DNA of 64,000 nt, from the NCBI RefSeq assembly GCF_006345805.1, contig NC_043003.1:70928001-70992000 (forward strand). Reading direction: 5' to 3'. The position numbers and the translations under genes were made by a program. Shown here one piece after another: positions 13,380 through 25,427 of this stretch (within the stretch, counting starts at the first letter, position 1; each line of letters opens with the position of its first letter). The stretch is from Octopus sinensis (taxonomy: Eukaryota). The notes below the pieces were generated by a model that saw nothing but the letters and a program-made list of their open reading frames with translations, was not told the DNA's origin and did not search any database.

Positions 13380-14214
13380 CGCACATACGTATGTGCAAAC
13401 TCATATACATACATGCCCACCTGTATATGTTTATACACGCTTTGTGCAGATAAATTCTGCGAGAGAGTGAGGAAGCGAGAAAGAAGAGGAGAAAGAAAGA
13501 GAGAGGTACAAACAAACAAACAAAGAAGGAAAGTGATAGAGAAAGAGAGAAAGAGAAGTACATGTGAATTTGTTTTGAATTGTTTTTTATCAATATTTTT
13601 TTTTGCTTTCTTTTTAATTCAATTACGATGTCCATATTTACATTATGGATATTTGGAACTGTAGCTAAATTATAGACCACTTTCCTTCTTTGAAGATACA
13701 TTGCCAATTTATTTTGAAAAATAATTACATTAATAGTTCTGAGTGCAGCTAGAACTATATTTGTTGGCCAACTATAATGGTAGATTTTCGCATAAATCTG
13801 AGAGATTTCAGTTCTTCTGACGCTTTAACCAAATAATGTCACCGCACAATTTATGATCTTGCTGTCGCGATTGTGGATAAAGTTCGGGTCAATTTAAATT
13901 CTCGGTTATTTATCTTGGTTGGTTGACTACATATAAACAGTGATACAAGGAAACTATACATACATACACATATACATACATACATACATACATACATACA
14001 TACATACATACATACATACATACATACATACATACATGTATGTACATGCGTTTGCGTATGTATTTATGTATGTATCATTTAAATATATATATGAGCATGC
14101 CTGGATATGCAACTATATGTATGAGAATACATACATAAAACATACAAATCTGCACATACATACATACATACATACATACATACATACATACATACATACA
14201 TACAAACAAAAATG

Positions 14215-15492
14215 CTGTTGTTGATGTTGAAATTCCAATGAAGGAACCTTGGATTTAGGTTAGAAACCGGTTCTTTCTCTATTGGCAAGAAATCTTGAAA
14301 TAAACTGAATAATGACATACGAATAGTAAAAATATGGACGTCTCTGCATACAATAAAAGAGTGGTCCGCAAAGTGTTTGCAGTACCCGAACTCATACCAA
14401 TATTTACTTGCTGAGATTCGACCCATTGATATGAAAACCTGGAAGTTACTAACCATCACAAATAATTTTCATGTAAACCCCTTCTAACCAAATGAAAACC
14501 AGGAGGCAGATATTTAACATCAATTCAGACAGCTTTTGAATGTCACATCACATTCCTTCAGCGACATTTTTTAACCAAGTGTTGAGGTGCATCCGTTGAC
14601 CAAGTCTGCGTATCAACGGCCTATAACATGACGAGATTAGGAAAGCAGATACTCGGGAAATATTCCTTGTCTGATAACCTTGAATAGATGCCCAGTGAAG
14701 TTGCACGACTCTGCCTCATCATCAGATGCAAGGATGAGTGCGTATCAGCAAATTATGCAGGAATATCTTAGCAGAAAGCTCCCGGATGACAGCAACATTG
14801 AGAATTAATCGAAGACTAACAACCGAATCACTAACTCTTAGTTTGAAGGGTATGTGTTTGCAATCCAGGGACAGGAATCAGCAACCAGATTCCTGGTGCA
14901 TTAAAGGACAGCGACGCAGACTTTGTGGAGTTATCACCGAAGATATCACCTACATCATAAGCTGTTGTCTAATAATCTCCTCGTGGTTTTATTGGCCGAT
15001 GAAGCATGTTGTTGCAGCCAAGACACTTTATAATTAGATCCGTTGAAGCTAAAGACATGAGAACCTCACAATGTGGTAGAGACCATAGCCACTCGTAATA
15101 TGAAAAAGCACTGGTGGGATGTTCCAGTGAAAACCTCAATAAAATGCAAACATAACAGACCAAACATTGTGATTTGGGACAGAGAAGAAAAACTATGTAC
15201 AGTAATGGAAATCAGTGGCGAAACGGATATCAATATAAAGCTAAAAATCAACAGCAAAAGAAAAAACAGTGCTGAACTATTGAGGAATTTACAGCTATTC
15301 CACCCGGATTACATATTCAGATTTATACCCTTAATTATTGGGCCACTTGGATATTTAATCAACTGCCTCAGCACCAGTCTTGACAAAATAATGTTCTCAA
15401 AGCCAGAAAGGAGAAATCTAATTAGATTACAATTGCAAGCCATCAATGGAATTGTCAGAGTATGTAAAACTTTCCAAAAGTTTGGCTTATAA
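14215..15492 (+). mobile_element. 3' part of a non-LTR retrotransposon with a restriction-like endonuclease (R2/R4-type architecture), decayed
   Basis: RT thumb (FAVP..., IDMKTWKLLT), a CCHC-like motif (RLCG..EDI..IIS.C) and the RLE motif WDVPVKT...NRPNIVIWDREEK...IPLIIGPLG. Confidence 0.8.
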
Positions 15493-15715
15493 ATATATAT
15501 GCACGTTTGGACATGTAACTCTTCGTCTGAGTATACATACATACATAAAACAAAACATCCAGATCTACACATACACCGAGTCCCTTGGACATATGGACTC
15601 TAGGCATACACGTACAACTGACCGGTTGATGTTTAAATTCAAATGAAGAAGTTTGGGATTGAGATAAAAACTAGCTTTTTCTCCATTGGCCAGAAATCTA
15701 GAAATAAAGCAAAAT

Positions 15716-16160
15716 AACATACATACATACATACATACGCACACACATACATACATGCATGCATACATATATACATGCATACATACATACACACATGCAT
15801 ACATACGCACACACACGTACATACATACACACATACACACACATATACATCCATGCATGCACACACACAAACATACACACACATAGATACATACATACAC
15901 ACGCACATACATACATGCATAAACACACAGATACATACATACATACATACATACACATACATACATACACACATACATACCTAAATACATACATAATACA
16001 TACATACACACACAGATACATACATACATGCATACATACACACGTACACACATACATACATACATACATACATACATACATGCATACGCACACACATATA
16101 CATACATGCACACATACACATACATACATGCACACATACATACAGACATACATACATATC
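15716..16160. repeat. Compound (TACA)n/(CA)n microsatellite (representative of dozens of TA, CA, TACA, GA, CTT, TTA and CAT tracts)
   Basis: Direct reading of the sequence. Confidence 0.95.
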
Positions 16161-16886
16161 TGTAGGTGGGTGCATACCATGGATAGATTAAATAAGTTCT
16201 GCTTTACTTTTGTTAGTTCTTTCTTTCTTTCTTCCTTTCTTTCATTTTTTTCTTTCTCTTTTTGCTTCTTAGTTTGTCCTGCAGATTACATTAAGTTACA
16301 ATCTCTCTAAACAGAGTCTATGAAACACTTTACGAAATTCTTGCTTTGAAGATGCAGTCTGGATGCATTGTGAAAGCTAATTACAAATGCGTGTGTGTAT
16401 GGTGTGTGTGTGTGCGCGTATATGTGCGTGTGTATGTGTGTTTGTATGTGAGTGTGTGTGCGTGTATGTGTGTGCATGTGTCTGTGTATGTTTGTATGTG
16501 CGTGTGCCTGTGTGTGTGGTTGTGTGTTTATATGCGTGTGTGTATGTGCATTCATGCCGTATCGACTGCCTCGTCTCGCTGCCAACAACATTTCTGTTTC
16601 TCTTGTTGGTATTTCGCCTCAGCTCATCTCTACCCAATCGCATTACTGATCAGAAAGATATTCCGACCGTGGCAAACCACCTCAACACTAGAGTATCTAT
16701 GATTTCCTTACGTTTGAGGAGAATTTGACTGCACTTTCTGACAAGTTGAGCGATCATTTGTTCTTCTTCATAGGCTCATCATATGGATGCATGCAGAAAC
16801 GCGAGCGTGCACACACACGCATACGCACACTCACTTGCACAGATGTGTCTATATATACATACACACACATCTGTATGTATATAGAT

Positions 16887-16920
<34 letters not shown>

Positions 16921-16984
16921 TGATAAAACGGTAAGATAACAAAAGAAAGAAAGAGACCTCAATATTATGTAAATAGAGGAAATT

Positions 16985-17501
16985 TATCTATACAATATGT
17001 TACATTACTCGGTAGTCAAGATAAAACTCTGAGTTTCAGATGCCGAAGTGGAAATCCACATGTTTATGCGACATGGAGAGATGGCTTATCTGGAAAAGCA
17101 GCTTAGACCCTACCACATGTCTAAATACAAGGACAGAGCTTTTCGGATCATGCCCACATGTGACTAAATTTCTGTTACGTTTTTGGTCCCCTAAAGAAAA
17201 CGGATAGAACATGCTTTCTGTGTTATGTCCCAAGAAGATTTTATATATTTTTATATATTTTTATATATTTTTATATATTTTTATGTATTTTTATATAATT
17301 TTTATGACGAAAAATGCGAGCGATGTATAAGTACGCAGGCAAAGCAGAGTATAACAGAGTAATTTCCCTTAATTTTTAACGGTATTTTTTCATAACGTTT
17401 TCAAATAGCCAGATAACGAAGAGATGGTGTTGTGGATTTCCACTTCGGCATCTGAAACTCAGAGTTTTATCTTGACTACCGAGTAATGTAACATATTGTA
17501 T

Positions 17502-17506
<5 letters not shown>
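16985..17506. repeat. Fold-back element with perfect 76-bp arms
   Basis: Arms 16985-17060 and 17431-17506, abutting (TA)n. Confidence 0.9.
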
Positions 17507-17578
<72 letters not shown>

Positions 17579-17788
17579 GTATGTATATAGTTGGAATTTA
17601 CAAAAAACAAAGAAGACAGGTGTGTAAAAAACAAACAGGTGTATTAGTTTGACGCTCGGGAAAGTGAGAAAGTCTTTTACGTTTCGAGCCTATGCTCTTC
17701 AACAGGAAGGAACCCGAGTAAATAAATGGAGAGAGAATAAAAAAGAAAGCTTTAGTAGCTAGCGGTCAATGATGGCGATGGCCATATG

Positions 17789-17851
<63 letters not shown>

Positions 17852-18587
17852 ATATATTATATATATATATTATGGGTGAAAATTTGAATATTAATTTGAT
17901 TAATATCAATTTAAAACCAGTGCCCTAGCATTTTGAAAAGATCTGAAGATTCAGAAAAATTATATTACATACATATAAGAGGGATGACCACTAATTGGAC
18001 ATCCAATATGCTAAATATAGATCCCGTATGGTCTGACCACTAAGAAAAGATTGTTCTCAAGAAAATTCAGCAAGCGCCAGAACGTAAACGAGCAAGACAA
18101 ATGAAAAGATACAAAATATAAAGATTAGTCACATACCGGGTTTCATTGTTAACGAAAACAAGGACGGAAAAAAAAATAGTAATGTTGCACAAATACAACT
18201 GCAAAAAAATAGGACATAACAACAGGTGCCTTGTGACTAAGGACGAATTAAATTAAGCTGGCGTGTGTGGAAGTAAAGCCTTACGGCTTTATGTCCTTTT
18301 ATTTGCATTTATATTTGTGTACCATTTCTCCGTTTTTTCCGTCCTTGTTTTCGTATACATTCGCTGCTTTCTTCCAAGGAATCTAATGCTCCTCCTTGAG
18401 GCTGGCCAGATTGGAGCAATCTCGAGTATAACCAGCCGAAATTGCAAAGATAATCTGGAACTCGACTGAGGATAGAAAATTCCGAATGACCCGTCCTTGT
18501 TTTCTTTGTACCATCTGTCTGGATGTTTTGCGTTCTTGACCCATTTTTGCATTTTTTATATATAAAATATAGCGGCGTACGTACTGG

Positions 18588-18644
<57 letters not shown>

Positions 18645-19568
18645 TTGTTTTTACATCAAACAAATTGAGAGAGGAGTACAAAATGCATACTGTAGAGGAT
18701 ATGAGTTTATTTTTATCATTGAAACTATGGTTGAGAAGGAGCTTGTCTCGCGACTCGTGTTTCACGCCATTGCAATCTTCAGTTTTACCTGAAGATCGCA
18801 GTAACGGTTTTTGCAGTTATAGAACCCTCAGTCTCACGAAGCCAACCACCGGCGAAAGTTCGAAGTCAGCGCCTGCGTGTTCCTTGTAAAAACACTGCTG
18901 CAATATACCTGCGTGCATTAATTGCTTTCCCATTCAGTTATTCGTGGTTTTACGTTTATGATTATACATAAAACCTATACATTAACATTTGTGAATAAGG
19001 GAGCCGAGTTGAGTGTGTATGCGCATGTGTGTGTGTGGAGGCATTTGAGCGTGTTTGATGTGTGTGTGTGTATGTGTATGTGTGTGTGTATGTGTTTGTG
19101 TGTGTTCAATTATATAATACATATCTATGAGTGCGTGAATATGTTTTTGTCTCAGTGTAAATGAGTGTGTTTAAAGACATTTATCTATACACGTCTTTAT
19201 GTCTTCCTCTCTCTCTTTCCCCCTCTGTTATATGTGTATGAATATACACACTCATATACGTACGTATACATTTATATACGTACATATACATGCATATATA
19301 TATATATATATATATATTGTATATGTGTATATATGTATAGTATGTATATATATATATAATATATATATATATATGTATATGTGTATATACATATATATAT
19401 ATATATATATATTATGTATATATATATATACGTGTGTGTGTGTATATATTATATATATATATATACATATATATTATATATGTATATACACATATACATA
19501 TACATATATATAGATATATATATAGTAAATATATATATTGTATATGTGTATATACATATATATATATA

Positions 19569-19611
<43 letters not shown>

Positions 19612-20322
19612 TATATATATATACACATATATATATACACATCTATATATGTATATCACAAACACACACATACCACACACATACATACATCTATGTACAC
19701 AAGCGCGCGCCGCATGCAAACATTTTCATAAGTGTTATATACTTTGTGGAGTCCACTTTTCAACTTGCAGTACAAAGCTACTGTTAATATAAAGTTGCCC
19801 TTTGATATTTCATATTTCATTTGACAGCCTCGCATCTCCCTCTTCACAGCAATGTCATCTGTCAGTGCTATTTACTATCACTTCACAGAATGTCATTAGT
19901 CACAGTTGAAACTCGGTTCGCAGAAACAAATGGCGGTTCTGGTGATTAAATCGTCTTCACAAAAAGGCGAGCATATGGTCGTGTAGTTAACAAGCACGCT
20001 TCGCAACCACGTTGTTTCGAGATCAGTTCCAACGATCCATCCAGTGCCTTGTGAGTGAATTTGGTAGACAGAGACTGTGTGGAAGCCCATCGGTTGTGTG
20101 TGTATGTGTGTTCTTGTCTGTGTTTGTGTGCCCCACTAAACAGCCGGTGTTTGTTTGTTTACGCCTTCGTGATTTAACGGACCTATAGAATAAGTACCAG
20201 ACTCATAAAACAAAACTTAAGTACTTGGGCCAATGTGTTCTAATTAATCCTAACATATTTTCTGTGCATTTCAGCTTCATTTCTTCTATTCCTCCACTCG
20301 TTTAGATTGATAACGATACACA

Positions 20323-20379
<57 letters not shown>

Positions 20380-20691
20380 AGTAGTTGAATGAATTATCCT
20401 AGTATGGATAATTCGGTTAACCGATACCCGGGTAGCAAATTTACGTCAGAAAGCACGGTTGAAGCTACATGCCAAGGGCAGAAATCACGTGCTTTCGTGT
20501 GAAAATTTGTGTTTTTTTTTTACTATAGATAAATGAAAGAATGGAGTCGAACGACGATTTAACAAGATTCCTTTATTCTCGACACATAATGCACCCTTTA
20601 TTCCTTCGGAATTAAGAATATGCAGTCTTCGAAACATGTGTCGAGAATAAAGGAATCTTGTTAAATCGTCGTCCGACTCCATTCTTTCATT

Positions 20692-20730
<39 letters not shown>

Positions 20731-21373
20731 TGTGTCTGTATGCATGCATGTATGTATGCGTATTCATACATATATATATACATATGTGTGTAAGCATAAA
20801 TGTATATATTTATGTGAGTATCTATATTTATCTCCCGCCACTTGACAACCGGAATGGGTTTGTTTCTGTCCGCGTAACTTAAACGGTCGGCTAAAAAGAG
20901 GCGGCCAATAGAATAAGTACCAGATAGGAAATAATCAACTAAAACACTCTTTTGAAGCAATACTCCAGCTTGGCCGCAATCCAGTGATTGAAACAACTAA
21001 AAGAATGAATATAGTGAAGTCACCATTGTATAAATTCTCTTGTATATTTCCTATTTACACACACACACACACACACATACACACACATACACACACACAT
21101 ATTATTTTATAAGCTTAAAGCTTATAGCGACCACCGCGTAATGACTAAGGTAAATAGTCTAATAATGGGGCATATAAGCTCTCGACAAAAAAAGCACGCA
21201 TTCCTCTGCGCGTGGGACTATTTTCCTAAGTCATTGCGCAGTGATATCTATAAGCTTTAAGCTTATTAAATACTATTATTATCATTTGCAGAATTGTAAA
21301 ACTCGACATGCTTAACAGATTCGCACTGAATATGCATGTATACATACGTATATGTACATACTTACATCTATAC

Positions 21374-21444
<71 letters not shown>

Positions 21445-21839
21445 CATATGTGGGCACAGGACGCCACGAAACGTGCACAACAAAAAAGTAAGAAGCATGA
21501 GTACATGGAATATGAACTATTCTTTCGAACAACGAAAGACAAAAATGGAAAACAAAACAAACATAAAGAACGACTCTTCATCAATTTTTTGCTGTTTTTC
21601 TAATCTCGCATTTCGAACATTTAACAACAATATACGCTTTCGATAAAACAGTTGCTCCCGCAACATACATGTATAATATATATATGCATAGATATATATA
21701 TACATACACATATATATAATATTAAAATTTTTTTTATTTATTTTCAGTTCAGGAGCGCCCCCATACTGAGGTGACAATTTCTGAAGAGACATTAAACGAA
21801 GATATATAATTCACCACCGTATACACACACACACACACA

Positions 21840-21876
<37 letters not shown>

Positions 21877-22009
21877 TGTCTATCTTTCTCTCCCTCTCTC
21901 TTTCTCTCTTTCCTCCATACATTGTTCGCTGTTGTGTGTCGGCTACGTATGCATAAGTGCAAGAGTATTTGTGTATGCATAACTGTATATGTAAGTTGTT
22001 GTTGATGTG

Positions 22010-22041
<32 letters not shown>

Positions 22042-22174
22042 CGTGCGCTTGTGTGTGTAAGTTTGCAGTCAGTTAACTTTTCTAGACGCTTGCTTCCCTG
22101 GCTTACTCTGTTTTATAGTCATTTTGCTGTACTCCGATACACACACACGCACACGCACCATCACCACCAACACT

Positions 22175-22210
<36 letters not shown>

Positions 22211-23691
22211 ACACACACACATATATATATATACATATACATATGCACATACAAAGAGGGAGAGGGCAAAAGAGATAGTCATGAACCTAGCAATACTATT
22301 TTGATGAAGCTTAAGTGACATGTTTAATATTTTAATCGTTGAGAGTGTACAACAGATCGAGTGGTAGTCGGGGCTATGACTTTTTTGTCTGCCATGAATT
22401 AACAAAACGGGGAAAAATATGGCATGTTTACCACGTGGTGTTTGAGCTTCGCTATAGGTGTGTGTGTGTGTGTGTGTACGTGTGTGTGTGCAAAAGGCAG
22501 AATGATGGAAACTTCACATACGCTTTATTAAGAATTTAGAAACCTCGAGATACGTAAAATACTCCGTTTTTGACGATAAAGCTCGAAGTAGATAAAGCTT
22601 TAAATAAAAGATATAAAGAGTCGTAGGCTTCCCGTAGGACTCGAACTTATGGCACGCGTTTTTCCATGGAACCAAAGCAATTCTTTGAATTTCTCTGTTC
22701 ATTTTAGAAACTGTATTCCTACCAGTGAGAAATGAGTGGTGTTTACGTCAAAAGAACTCAAAAACATCGAGAAAACATGAAATAATTCGTTTTTAGAGTT
22801 GACAAAGCTATAATTTATAGCATGTAAATAAAAAATCCCTTTGGGTAAAAAATATCGAAAGGGTCTTTTAATCCAATATTTGCACGCTATTATTTATAAC
22901 TTTATCTATTTCGAGCACCACCGTTAAAAGTGATTTTGTTTCCACTTTTTTTTGTGGAAAAGTGATTTTGTTTCCACTGTAGTTTCAGCTCAGAGATGCG
23001 GCCATGCTGATGCACCGCCGTTAAAGGTCCTGGGGATACATAATTTTAAATAACAATAAAAAGCATGCCCTTTTATTTGATTTTATCAACTGTAAAAGTA
23101 TTTCATAAACCCAGGCTACTCACTTGTCAACCCCAGGGTAAGGCAAGAGTTAACTGAAATCTATTCAACCAAGTTCTATAGACTTTGGGTTGATAGAGGG
23201 ACAAGAACAGGGTGGATTTACTGGACCGTTAGAATATTGAATAAAATAACTCTGGGTATTTAGTTAGAACCCGTAACCACTAGGCCGCGCCACTTAGTGG
23301 TTTGTGTGTGCCAGTCACGGTCGAAGGATCATGGTTTCAATTCCTGAATTGATTTATAGAGTCGATTTGCTTCTGGCTGACCTGAAAATGGCAACTGAAG
23401 AGACAACCAGAAAAATATGCAACGCATAGATCTATACATGTGGTCTGTCAAATATGACTCTCATAGTATCGGTAGAGGGAAATGTTGCCTTTCAGTAAGT
23501 AAATTAAGAGCCCAGCAACATGGATTGCGTAGTTACTAAACTGATATTTCATACATTTGAAACAATCCAATGAATAGAAATAAATGAGTAATAAATATAT
23601 AATACGTGATGGATGATGTAATAGAAGAAATATAATCCAGAACAGACGATGTAAGAAATAATGCATTATATATTTGCCTAGCCTCTCGTCA

Positions 23692-23763
23692 AGCAGAGTG
23701 GCGCAGTGGAAGCGTGCTGGGCCCATAACCCAGAGGTCCGTAGATCGAAACTACGCTCTGCTA
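23692..23763 (+). tRNA. tRNA-iMet-CAT: Initiator tRNA-Met (CAT)
   Basis: AGCAGAG/CTCTGCT acceptor stem with an A1:U72 pair. CTGGG/CCCAG anticodon stem around CCCATAA. T-arm CGTAG-ATCGAAA-CTACG with the initiator-type AUCG loop. TATA-like sequence about 20-25 nt upstream. Confidence 0.97.
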
Positions 23764-23780
23764 AGAAATGATATCTACTG

Positions 23781-23787
23781 TTTTTTT
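23781..23787 (+). terminator. Pol III terminator (T7) of the tRNA-iMet gene
   Basis: Run of 7 T starting 18 nt after the tRNA 3' end. Confidence 0.8.
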
Positions 23788-24208
23788 CCTTAATATCTTT
23801 TACATCGCAACTGACTTATCTATCGTCATATACATGTGAATGTAACTGCAGGGGGAAGTACAAATTCTATCATACAACAGAAATTTTTACAGGATTAACG
23901 CGGTGGTCACAGTATATTCTTGAAAGAATCAAAAACGCAAAATATTTTATCGATTTACGATGTTCCTGAATATACTACGCAATAATAATTTGGTTTCCAA
24001 ACATCGTGTGGCACGGAACCCATTTACATGATTTTCAGAACCTTACGATTTCCTGACCATGTGTTCTTGGGTTCGGTCTCACTGCGTGGTACCTTCAATA
24101 AGTATCTTCTGTTATAGCCTCAGGTCGACCAAGGATTTGTGAATAGATTTGGCAGACCGCTAGCCACTACACATTCTTTATTTTCTCTCCTTGTTTCTTT
24201 CTGTGTTC

Positions 24209-24244
24209 CTTTCTGTGGAAGAGCGTAGGCTCGAAACGTTAAAG
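24209..24244 (+). ncRNA. Minimal hammerhead-like motif, A6U variant (related copies at 17674-17709 and 25117-25152, minus)
   Basis: cttt-CTGTGGA-a-GAGC(gtag)GCTC-GAAA-cg-T-T-aaag. Stems I and II pair; stem III is the ACGT palindrome. Confidence 0.55.
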
Positions 24245-24349
24245 ACTTTTTCACTTCCCGAGCGTTATACTAATACACCTGTTTATTATCTACACCACCT
24301 GTCTTCGTCTTTTGTTGTTGTTTTTTGTGAATTCTCCCTATATATATAT

Positions 24350-24393
<44 letters not shown>

Positions 24394-24956
24394 TCTGTTA
24401 TTGAACATTGATTTGTTCGCGTCTGTTTCTGGATATTTACACTACCAGGACTTTAACCCAGATTGATTTACACAGGATTGCACCTAAGGACTTATGGACT
24501 TCTACACGATTGGAAAGTTGAACTGTGAACTTTTATGCCGCTTTTTTCTTCTCTTCCTTCATCTCCTTATTCCTCCTCCCCTGTCCTCTATGTCGTCATT
24601 TTAATAATCTATACCCACCTCATTTTCCCTATTTGTCTCCGATGACAGAATATCCCATACTCTAGGATATCCCAGAAACACCTGTAAGACTTTCAATTTT
24701 TTTCCAATAATAATAATGTGACTTCAGATGTTTGCATTGCCTTAACGTTTGTTGTCCTCTTCAACAATTATATATTCGCTTTATCGGAAATCTACAATGG
24801 CTCCATAACTACCATCTCGGCTATGACCTTGGAGTCCTAGTAATCCGCTTCAGCACTTACCTAGCGTACCTGGTCGTTTAGATCACCTGTGAACTAAACC
24901 TCCACGTTTGTATACATACATACATACATACATACGTACATACATACATATATATA

Positions 24957-25014
<58 letters not shown>

Positions 25015-25395
25015 GTTGATATTTACAGAAAAACAAAAGACGAAGACAGAGATGTATAAACATGTATAAACAACAAACAGGTGTATTAGTTTAACGCTAG
25101 GGAAAGTGAGGAAGTTTTTTTACGTTTCGAGCCTAAGCTCTTCCACAGAACGGAACACGATGAAATGAACAGAGAGAGAATAAAAAAAATTTTTGGACCT
25201 AGTAGTCAATCATGGCGGCTGGCTGGACTACATACATACACACACACACACATATATATATATATACATATACATATATATATACATAGATATACATATA
25301 TATATACATATATATACATAGATATACATATATATATACATATATATATACATATATATATATATACGTACGCATATATATATACATATATTTAT

Positions 25396-25427
<32 letters not shown>

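Noticed and set aside
15624-15698. 75-nt minus-strand exon-like segment with good splice signals (FLANGEKASFYLNPKLLHLNLNINR)
   Set aside because: It is the antisense of a LINE fragment also present, frameshifted, at 14218-14320. Exonisation cannot be shown from sequence alone.
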